A DNA stretch of 64,000 nucleotides, from contig OZ176054.1 in assembly GCA_964247055.1 (NCBI GenBank), positions 744,001-808,000 on the forward strand. The letters are read 5' to 3'. The notes beneath the pieces were generated by a model. It worked only from the letters and a program-made list of their open reading frames with translations, was not told the DNA's origin and ran no database searches. Shown piece by piece: positions 52,601-64,000 of this stretch. A program made the translations under genes and the position numbers. Source of the DNA: Paragordius varius. Lineage: Eukaryota; Animalia; Nematomorpha. The stretch's first letter is position 1. Each line of letters opens with the position of its first letter.

Positions 52601-55600
52601 CAACGATACTTTAAAAATTAATGTATAAAACTAGTCGCATCAATACTCAACTTAAACTTTGTCATAAAAAATCGAATATTGGTCACCGGTGAACAAAATT
52701 ATTTTTTATACATTCTCTTAGTAAGACTACATCAAAATATAGAGATAGTTTGACAAACTCTTTCATATCCGATTTTTACAACGATACTTTAAAAATTAAT
52801 GTATTAAACTAGTCGCATCAATACTCAAGTTAAACTTTGTCCTAAAAATCGGATATTGGTCACCGGTGAACAAAATTATTTTTTATATATTCTCTTAGCA
52901 AGACTACATCAAAATATAGAGGTAGTTTGACAAACTCTTTCATATCCGATTTTTACAACGATACTTTAAAAATTAATGTATAAAACGAGTCGTATCAATA
53001 AATCGCATCAATACTCAAGTTAAACTTTGTCCTTAAAAATCGGATATTGGTCACCGGTGCACAAAATTATTTTTTATACATTCTCTTAGTAGGACTACAT
53101 CAAAATATAGAGATAGTTTGGCAAACTCTTTCATATCCGATTTTTACAACGATACTTGAAAAATTAATGTATTAAACTAGTCGCATCAATACTCAAGTTA
53201 AACTTTGTCCTTAAAAATCGGATATTGGTCTCCGGTGAACAAAATTATTTTTTATACATTCTCTTAGTAAGACTAAATCAAAATATAGAGATAGTTTGAC
53301 AAACTCTTTCATATCCGATTTTTACAACGATACTTTAAAAATTAATGTATTAAACTAGTCGCATCAATACTCAATTTAAACTTTGTCCTTAAAAATCGGA
53401 TATTGGTCACCGGTGGACAAAATTATTTTTTATATATTCTCTTAGCAAGACTACATCAAAATATAGAGATAGTTTGACAAACTCTTTCATATCCGATTTT
53501 TACAACGATACTTTAAAAATTAATGTATAAAACTAGTCGCATCAATACTCAACTTAAACTTTGTCATAAAAAATCGAATATTGGTCACCGGTGAACAAAA
53601 TTATTTTTTATACATTCTCTTAGTAAGACTACATCAAAATATAGAGATAGTTTGACAAACTCTTTCATATCCGATTTTTACAACGATACTTTAAAAATTA
53701 ATGTATTAAACTAGTCGCATCAATACTCAAGTTAAACTTTGTCCTTAAAAATCGGATATTGGTCACCGGTGAACAAAATTATTTTTTATATATTCTCTTA
53801 GCAAGACTACATCAAAATATAGAGGTAGTTTGACAAACTCTTTCATATCCGATTTTTACAACGATACTTTAAAAATTAATGTATAAAACGAGTCGTATCA
53901 ATAAATCGCATCAATACTCAAGTTAAACTTTGTCCTTAAAAATCGGATATTGGTCACCGGTGCACAAAATTATTTTTTATACATTCTCTTAGTAGGACTA
54001 CATCAAAATATAGAGATAGTTTGGCAAACTCTTTCATATCCGATTTTTACAACGATACTTTAAAAATTAATGTATTAAACTAGTCGTATCAATACTCAAG
54101 TTAAACTTTGTCCTTAAAAATCGGATATTGGTCTCCGGTGAACAAAATAATTTTTTATATATTCTCTTAGCAAGACTACATCAAAATATAGAGATAGTTT
54201 GACAAACTCGTTCATATCCGATTTTTACAACGATACTTTAAAAATTAATGTATAAAACTAGTCGTATCAATAAATCGCATCAATACTCAAGTTAAACTTT
54301 GTCCTTAAAAATCGGATATTGGTCTCCGGTGAACAAAATTATTTTTTATACATTCTCTTAGTAAGACTAAATCAAAATATAGAGATAGTTTGACAAACTC
54401 TTTCATATCCGATTTTTACAACGATACTTTAAAAATTAATGTATTAAACTAGTCGCATCAATACTCAAGTTAAACTTTGTCCTTAAAAATCGGATATTGG
54501 TCTCCGGTGAACAAAATAATTTTTTATATATTCTCTAAGCAAGACTACATCAAAATATAGAGATAGTTTGACAAACTCGTTCATATCCGATTTTTACAAC
54601 GATACTTTAAAAATTAATGTATAAAACTAGTCGTATCAATAAATCGCATCAATACTCAAGTTAAACTTTGTCCTTAAAAATCGGATATTGGTCACCGGTG
54701 AACAAAATTATTTTTTATATATTCTCTTAGCAAGACTACATCAAAATATAGAGGTAGTTTGACAAACTCGTTCATATCCGATTTTTACAACGATACTTTA
54801 AAAATTAATGTATAAAACTAGTCGTATCAATAAATCGCATCAATACTCAAGTTAAACTTTGTCCTTAAAATTCGGATATTGGTCTCCGGTGAACAAAATT
54901 ATTTTTTATACATTCTCTTAGTAAGACTAAATCAAAATATAGAGATAGTTTGACAAACTCTTTCATATCCGATTTTTACAACGATACTTTAAAAATTAAT
55001 GTATTAAACTAGTCGCATCAATACTCAAGTTAAACTTTGTCCTTAAAAATCGGATATTGGTCACCGGTGGACAAAATTATTTTTTATATATTCTCTTAGC
55101 AAGACTACATCAAAATATAGAGATAGTTTGACAAACTCTTTCATATCCGATTTTTACAACGATACTTTAAAAATTAATGTATAAAACTAGTCGCATCAAT
55201 ACTCAACTTAAACTTTGTCATAAAAAATCGAATATTGGTCACCGGTGAACAAAATTATTTTTTATACATTCTCTTAGTAAGACTACATCAAAATATAGAG
55301 ATAGTTTGACAAACTCTTTCATATCCGATTTTTACAACGATACTTTAAAAATTAATGTATTAAACTAGTCGCATCAATACTCAAGTTAAACTTTGTCCTA
55401 AAAATCGGATATTGGTCACCGGTGAACAAAATTATTTTTTATATATTCTCTTAGCAAGACTACATCAAAATATAGAGGTAGTTTGACAAACTCTTTCATA
55501 TCCGATTTTTACAACGATACTTTAAAAATTAATGTATAAAACGAGTCGTATCAATAAATCGCATCAATACTCAAGTTAAACTTTGTCCTTAAAAATCGGA

Positions 55601-57190
55601 TATTGGTCACCGGTGCACAAAATTATTTTTTATACATTCTCTTAGTAGGACTACATCAAAATATAGAGATAGTTTGGCAAACTCTTTCATATCCGATTTT
55701 TACAACGATACTTGAAAAATTAATGTATTAAACTAGTCGCATCAATACTCAAGTTAAACTTTGTCCTTAAAAATCGGATATTGGTCTCCGGTGAACAAAA
55801 TTATTTTTTATACATTCTCTTAGTAAGACTAAATCAAAATATAGAGATAGTTTGACAAACTCTTTCATATCCGATTTTTACAACGATACTTTAAAAATTA
55901 ATGTATTAAACTAGTCGCATCAATACTCAAGTTAAACTTTGTCCTTAAAAATCGGATATTGGTCACCGGTGGACAAAATTATTTTTTATATATTCTCTTA
56001 GTCGGACTACATCAAAATATAGAGATAGTTTGGCAAACTCTTTCATATCCGATTTTTACAACGATACTTGAAAAATTAATGTATTAAACTAGTCGCATCA
56101 ATACTCAAGTTAAACTTTGTCCTTAAAAATCGGATATTGGTCTCCGGTGAACAAAATTATTTTTTATACATTCTCTTAGTAAGACTAAATCAAAATATAG
56201 AGATAGTTTGACAAACTCTTTCATATCCGATTTTTACAACGATACTTTAAAAATTAATGTATTAAACTAGTCGCATCAATACTCAAGTTAAACTTTGTCC
56301 TTAAAAATCGGATATTGGTCACCGGTGGACAAAATTATTTTTTATATATTCTCTTAGCAAGACTACATCAAAATATAGAGATAGTTTGACAAACTCTTTC
56401 ATATCCGATTTTTACAACGATACTTTAAAAATTAATGTATAAAACTAGTCGCATCAATACTCAACTTAAACTTTGTCATAAAAAATCGAATATTAATCAC
56501 CGGTGAACAAAATTATTTTTTATACATTCTCTTAGTAAGACTACATCAAAATATAGAGATAGTTTGACAAACTCTTTCATATCCGATTTTTACAACGATA
56601 CTTTAAAAATTAATGTATTAAACTAGTCGCATCAATACTCAAGTTAAACTTTGTCCTTAAAAATCGGATATTGGTCACCGGTGAACAAAATTATTTTTTA
56701 TATATTCTCTTAGCAAGACTACATCAAAATATAGAGGTAGTTTGACAAACTCTTTCATATCCGATTTTTACAACGATACTTTAAAAATTAATGTATAAAA
56801 CGAGTCGTATCAATAAATCGCATCAATACTCAAGTTAAACTTTGTCCTTAAAAATCGGATATGGCTCACCGGTGCACAAAATTATTTTTTATACATTCTC
56901 TTAGTAGGACTACATCAAAATATAGAGATAGTTTGGCAAACTCTTTCATATCCGATTTTTACAACGATACTTTAAAAATTAATGTGTTAAACTAGTCGCA
57001 TCAGTACTCAAGTTAAACTTTGTCCTAAAAAATCGAATATTGGTCACCGGTGAACAAAATTATTTTTTATATATTCTCTTAGTAAGACTACATCAAAATA
57101 TAGAAATAGTTTGACAAACTCTTTCATATCCGATTTTTACAACGATACTTTAAAATTTAATGTATTAAACTAGTCGCATCAATACTCAAA
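43700..57190 (-). repeat. Nested higher-order repeat domain: 24-mer (4,359 bp), 11-mer (2,022 bp) and 14-mer (2,556 bp), summing to a 49-mer (8,937 bp)
   Basis: Marker CTCTAAGCAAG at 45,598, 49,957, 51,979 and 54,535. Rare markers TTAGTCGGAC (47,066/56,003) and GAATATTAATCACC (47,551/56,488) are both 8,937 bp apart. Confidence 0.9.
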
Positions 57191-58999
57191 TAAAACTTTG
57201 TCCTTAAAAATCGGATATTGGTCACCGGTGAACAAAATTATTTTTTATACATTCTCTTAGTAAGACTACATCAAAATATAGAGATAGTTTGACAAACTCT
57301 TTCACATCCGATTTTTACAACAATACGTTAAAAATTATGGTATTATACTAGTCGCATCAATACTCAAATTAAACTTTGTCCTTAAAAATCGGATATTGGT
57401 CACCGGTGAACAAAATTATTTTTTATATATTCTCTTAGCAAGACTACATCAAACTATAGAGATAGTTTGACAAACTCTTTCATATCCGATTTTTACAACG
57501 ATACGTTAAAAATTATGGTATTAAACTACTCGCATCAATACTCAAATTAAACTTTGTACTTAAAAATCGGATATTGGTCACCGGTGAACAAAATTATTTT
57601 TCTATATATTCTCTTAGTAAGACTACATCAAAATATAGAAATAGTTTGACAAACTCTTTCATATCCGATTTTTACAACGATACTTTAAAAATTAATGTGT
57701 TAAACTAGTCGCATCAATACTCAAGTTAAACTTTGTCCTTAAAAATCGAATATTGGTCACCGGTGAACAAAATTATTTTTTATATATTCTCTTAGTAAGA
57801 CTACATCAAAATATAGAAATAGTTTGACAAACTCTTTCATATCCGATTTTTACAACGATACTTTAAAATTTAATGTATTAAACTAGTCGCATCAATACTC
57901 AAATAAAACTTTGTCCTTAAAAATCGGATATTGGTCACCGGTGAACAAAATTAATTTTTATACATTCTCTTAGTAGGACTACATCAAAATATAGATATAG
58001 TTTGGCAAACTCTTTCATATCCGATTTTTACAACGATACTTTAAAAATTAATGTATTAAACTAGTCGCATCAATACTCAAGTTAAACTTTGTCCTTAAAA
58101 ATCGGATATTGGTCTCCGGTGAACAAAATAATTTTTTATACATTCTCTTACTAAGACTACATCAAAATATAGAGATAGTTTGACAAACTTTTTCATATCC
58201 GATTTTTACAACGATACTTTAAAAATTAATGTGTTAAACTAGTCGCATCAATACTCAAGTTAAACTTTGTCCTTAAAAATCGGATATTGGTCACCGGTGC
58301 ACAAAATTATTTTTTATACATTCTCTTAGTAGGACTACATCAAAATATAGAGATAGTTTGGCAAACTCTTTCATATCCGATTTTTACAACGATACTTTAA
58401 AAATTAATGTATAAAACTAGTCGTATCAATAAATCGCATCAATACTCAAGTTAAACTTTGTCCTTAAAAATCGGATATTGGTCACCGGTGCACAAAATTA
58501 TTTTTTATACATTCTCTTAGTAGAACTACATCAAAATATAGAGATAGTTTGGCAAACTCTTTCATATCCGATTTTTACAACGATACTTGAAAAATTAATG
58601 TATTAAACTAGTCGCATCAATACTCAAGTTAAACTTTGTCCTTAAAAATCGGATATTGGTCTCCGGTGAACAAAATTATTTTTTATACATTCTCTTAGTA
58701 AGACTAAATCAAAATATAGAGATAGTTTGACAAACTCTTTCATATCCGATTTTTACAACGATACTTTAAAAATTAATGTATTAAACTAGTCGCATCAATA
58801 CTCAAGTTAAACTTTGTCATAAAAAATCGAATATTGGTCACCGGTGAACAAAATTATTTTTTATACATTCTCTTAGTAAGATTACATCAAAATATAGAGA
58901 TAGTTTGACAAACTCTTTCATATCCGATTTTTACAACGATACTTTAAAAATTAATGTATTAAACTAGTCGCATCAATACTCAAGTTAAACTTTGTCCTT

Positions 59000-61900
59000 A
59001 AAAATCTGATATTGGTCACCGGTGAACAAAATTATTTTTTATATATTCTCTTAGCAAGACTACATCAAAATATAGAGGTAGTTTGACAAACTCTTTCATA
59101 TCCGATTTTTACAACGATACTTTAAAAATTAATGTATAAAACGAGTCGTATGAATAAATCGCATCAATACTCAAGTTAAACTTTGTCCTTAAAAATCGGA
59201 TATGGGTCACCGGTGCACAAAATTATTTTTTATACATTCTCTAAGTAGGACTACATCAAAATATAGAGATAGTTTGGCAAACTCTTTCATATCCGATTTT
59301 TACAACGATACTTTAAAAATTAATGTATTAAACTAGTCGCATCAATACTCAAGTTAAACTTTGTCCTTAAAAATCGGATATTGGTCTCCGGTGAACAAAA
59401 TCATTTTTTATATATTCTCTTAGCAAGACTACATCAAAATATAGAGATAGTTTGACAAACTCGTTCATATCCGATTTTTACAACGATACTTTAAAAATTA
59501 ATGTATAAAACTAGTCGTATCAATAAATCTCATCAATACTCAAGTTAAACTTTGTCCTTAAAAATCGGATATTGGTCCCCGGTGCACAAAATTATTTTTT
59601 ATACATTCTCTTAGTAGGACTACATCAAAATATAGAGATAGTTTGGCAAACTCTTTCATATCCGATTTTTACAACGATACTTGAAAAATTAATGTATTAA
59701 ACTAGTCGCATCAATACTCAAGTTAAACTTTGTCCTTAAAAATCGGATATTGGTCTCCGGTGTACAAAATTATTTTTTATACATTCTCTTAGTAAGACTA
59801 AATCAAAATATAGAGATAGTTTGACAAACTCTTTCATATCCGATTTTTACAACGATACTTTAAAAATTAATGTATTAAACTAGTCGCATCAATACTCAAG
59901 TTAAACTTTGTCCTTAAAAATCGGATATTGGTCACCGGTGGACAAAATTATTTTTTATATATTCTCTTAGCAAGACTACATCAAAATATAGAGATAGTTT
60001 TACAAACTCTTTCATATCCGATTTTTACAACGATACTTTAAAAATTAATGTATAAAACTAGTCGCATCAATACTCAACTTAAACTTTGTCATAAAAAATC
60101 GAATATTGGTCACCGGTGAACAAAATTATTTTTTATACATTCTCTTAGTAAGACTACATCAAAATATAGAGATAGTTTGACAAACTCTTTCATATCCGAT
60201 TTTTACAACGATACTTTAAAAATTAATGTATTAAACTAGTCGCATCAATACTCAAGTTAAACTTTGTCCTTAAAAATCGGATATTGGTCACCGGTGAACA
60301 AAATTATTTTTTATATATTCTCTTAGCAAGACTACATCAAAATATAGAGGTAGTTTGACAAACTCTTTCATATCCGATTTTTACAACGATACTTTAAAAA
60401 TTAATGTATAAAACGAGTCGTATCAATAAATCGCATCAATACTCAAGTTAAACTTTGTCCTTAAAAATCGGATATGGGTCACCGGTGCACAAAATTATTT
60501 TTTATACATTCTCTTAGTAGGACTACATCAAAATATAGAGATAGTTTGGCAAACTCTTTCATATCCGATTTTTACAACGATACTTTAAAAATTAATGTAT
60601 TAAACTAGTCGCATCAATACTCAAGTTAAACTTTGTCCTTAAAAATCGGATATTGGTCTCCGGTGAACAAAATAATTTTTTATATATTCTCTTAGCAAGA
60701 CTACATCAAAATATAGAGATAGTTTGACAAACTCTTTCATATCCGATTTTTACAACGATACTTTAAAAATTAATGTATAAAACTAGTCGTATCAATAAAT
60801 CGCATCAATACTCAAGTTAAACTTTGTCCTTAAAAATCGGATATTGGTCACCGGTGAACAAAATTATTTTTTATACATTCTCTTAGTAAGACTACATCAA
60901 AATATAGAAATAGTTTGACAAACTCTTTCATATCCGATTTTTACAACGATACTTTAAAAATTAATGTGTTAAACTAGTCGCATCAGTACTCAAGTTAAAC
61001 TTTGTCCTAAAAAATCGAATATTGGTCACCGGTGAACAAAATTATTTTTTATATATTCTCTTAGTAAGACTACATCAAAATATAGAAATAGTTTGACAAA
61101 CTCTTTCATATCCGATTTTTAAAACGATACTTTAAAATTTAATGTATTAAACTAGTCGCATCAATACTCAAATAAAACTTTGTCCTTAAAAATCGGATAT
61201 TGGTCACCGGTGAACAAAATTATTTTTTATACATTCTCTTAGCAAGACTACATCAAAATATAGAGATAGTTTGACAAACTCTTTCATATCCGATTTTTAC
61301 AACGATACGTTAAAAATTATGGTATTAAACTAGTCGCATCAATACTCAAATTAAACTTTGTCCTTAAAAATCGGATATTGGTCACCGGTGAATAAAATTA
61401 TTTTTTATATATTCTCTTAGCAAGACTACATCAAAATATAGAGATAGTTTGACAAACTCTTTCATATCCGATTTTTACAACGATACTTTAAAAATTAATG
61501 TATAAAACGAGTCGTATGAATAAATCGCATCAATACTCAAGTTAAACTTTGTCCTTAAAAATCGGATATGGGTCACCGGTGCACAAAATTATTTTTTATA
61601 CATTCTCTTAGTAGGACTACATCAAAATATAGAGATAGTTTGGCAAACTCTTTCATATCCGATTTTTACAACGATACTTTAAAAATTAATGTATTAAACT
61701 AGTCGCATCAATACTCAAGTTAAACTTTGTCCTTAAAAATCGGATATTGGTCTCCGGTGAACAAAATGATTTTTTATATATTCTCTTAGCAAGACTACAT
61801 CAAAATATAGAGATAGTTTGACAAACTCATTCATATCCGATTTTTACAACGATACTTTAAAAATTGATGTATAAAACTAGTCGTATCAATAAATCTCATC

Positions 61901-64000
61901 AATACTCAAGTTAAACTTTGTCCTTAAAAATCGGATATTGGTCCCCGGTGCACAAAATTATTTTTTATACATTCTCTTAGTAGGACTACATCAAAATATA
62001 GAGATAGTTTGGCAAACTCTTTCATATCCGATTTTTACAACGATACTTGAAAAATTAATGTATTAAACTAGTCGCATCAATACTCAAGTTAAACTTTGTC
62101 CTTAAAAATCGGATATTGGTCTCCGGTGAACAAAATTATTTTTTATACATTCTCTTAGTAAGACTAAATCAAAATATAGAGATAGTTTGACAAACTCTTT
62201 CATATCCGATTTTTACAACGATACTTTAAAAATTAATGTATTAAACTAGTCGCATCAATACTCAAGTTAAACTTTGTCCTTAAAAATCGGATATTGGTCA
62301 CCGGTGGACAAAATTATTTTTTATATATTCTCTTAGCAAGACTACATCAAAATATAGAGATAGTTTTACAAACTCTTTCATATCCGATTTTTACAACGAT
62401 ACTTTAAAAATTAATGTATAAAACTAGTCGCATCAATACTCAACTTAAACTTTGTCATAAAAAATCGAATATTGGTCACCGGTGAACAAAATTATTTTTT
62501 ATACATTCTCTTAGTAAGACTACATCAAAATATAGAGATAGTTTGACAAACTCTTTCATATCCGATTTTTACAACGATACTTTAAAAATTAATGTATTAA
62601 ACTAGTCGCATCAATACTCAAGTTAAACTTTGTCCTTAAAAATCGGATATTGGTCACCGGTGAACAAAATTATTTTTTATATATTCTCTTAGCAAGACTA
62701 CATCAAAATATAGAGGTAGTTTGACAAACTCTTTCATATCCGATTTTTACAACGATACTTTAAAAATTAATGTATAAAACGAGTCGTATCAATAAATCGC
62801 ATCAATACTCAAGTTAAACTTTGTCCTTAAAAATCGGATATGGGTCACCGGTGCACAAAATTATTTTTTATACATTCTCTTAGTAGGACTACATCAAAAT
62901 ATAGAGATAGTTTGGCAAACTCTTTCATATCCGATTTTTACAACGATACTTTAAAAATTAATGTATTAAACTAGTCGCATCAATACTCAAGTTAAACTTT
63001 GTCCTTAAAAATCGGATATTGGTCTCCGGTGAACAAAATAATTTTTTATATATTCTCTTAGCAAGACTACATCAAAATATAGAGATAGTTTGACAAACTC
63101 TTTCATATCCGATTTTTACAACGATACTTTAAAAATTAATGTATAAAACTAGTCGTATCAATAAATCGCATCAATACTCAAGTTAAACTTTGTCCTTAAA
63201 AATCGGATATTGGTCACCGGTGAACAAAATTATTTTTTATACATTCTCTTAGTAAGACTACATCAAAATATAGAAATAGTTTGACAAACTCTTTCATATC
63301 CGATTTTTACAACGATACTTTAAAAATTAATGTGTTAAACTAGTCGCATCAGTACTCAAGTTAAACTTTGTCCTAAAAAATCGAATATTGGTCACCGGTG
63401 AACAAAATTATTTTTTATATATTCTCTTAGTAAGACTACATCAAAATATAGAAATAGTTTGACAAACTCTTTCATATCCGATTTTTAAAACGATATTAAA
63501 ATTTAATGTATTAAACTAGTCGCATCAATACTCAAATAAAACTTTGTCCTTAAAAATCGGATATTGGTCACCGGTGAACAAAATTATTTTTTATACATTC
63601 TCTTAGCAAGACTACATCAAAATATAGAGATAGTTTGACAAACTCTTTCATATCCGATTTTTACAACGATACGTTAAAAATTATGGTATTAAACTAGTCG
63701 CATCAATACTCAAATTAAACTTTGTCCTTAAAAATCGGATATTGGTCACCGGTGAATAAAATTATTTTTTATATATTCTCTTAGCAAGACTACATCAAAA
63801 TATAGAGATAGTTTGACAAACTCTTTCATATCCGATTTTTACAACGATACTTTAAAAATTAATGTATAAAACGAGTCGTATCAATAAATCGCATCAATAC
63901 TCAAGTTAAACTTTGTCCTTAAAAATCGGATATTGGTCACCGGTGAACAAAATTATTTTTTATATATTCTCTTAGTAAGACAACATCAAAATATAGAAAT
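59000..64000 (-). repeat. 13-mer higher-order repeat (2,366 bp = 7-mer + 6-mer), about two copies
   Basis: GTCGTATGAATA at 59,152/61,518 and CATCAGTACTC at 60,986/63,352. GATATGGGTC spacings are 1,272 then 1,094. Confidence 0.88.

Larger units (their letters stand above)
27617..64000 (-). repeat. Same 178-bp satellite in reverse-complement orientation, right arm (about 200 monomers)
   Basis: From 27,617 the text reads CATCAATACTCAAGTTAAACTTTGTCCTTAAAAATCGGATATTGGTCACCGGTGAACAAAA..., the reverse complement of the left-arm monomer, and stays in this orientation to the window end. Confidence 0.99.

Noticed and set aside
1-64000. CRISPR-like array (palindromic repeats at regular spacing)
   Set aside because: The sequence between palindromes is the same in every unit, so there are no unique spacers, and no leader or cas genes are present.

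Overview
The whole 64-kb window is a single AT-rich tandem satellite (about 28% GC, about 355 monomers). The base monomer is 178 bp, with 189-191-bp variants carrying a 13-bp internal duplication. I see no credible genes, RNA genes, CRISPR arrays or non-satellite insertions; the three supplied ORFs are chance translations of the monomer. The array switches orientation once, at 27,617-27,618, through a 2-bp (CA) microhomology: about 27.6 kb of monomers point right and about 36.4 kb point left. Both arms are divided into local domains of higher-order repeats (HORs), including 5/7-mers nested in a 22-mer, 11/14/24-mers nested in a 49-mer, and a 7+6=13-mer. Each monomer carries a 14-bp inverted repeat whose two symmetry axes fall on short palindromes. 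The architecture resembles centromeric or pericentromeric satellite of a eukaryote, but I cannot name the family or species. I found no support for a new protein- or RNA-coding system; the novelty is structural. All periods were hand-counted from diagnostic variants and need confirming with a dot plot.
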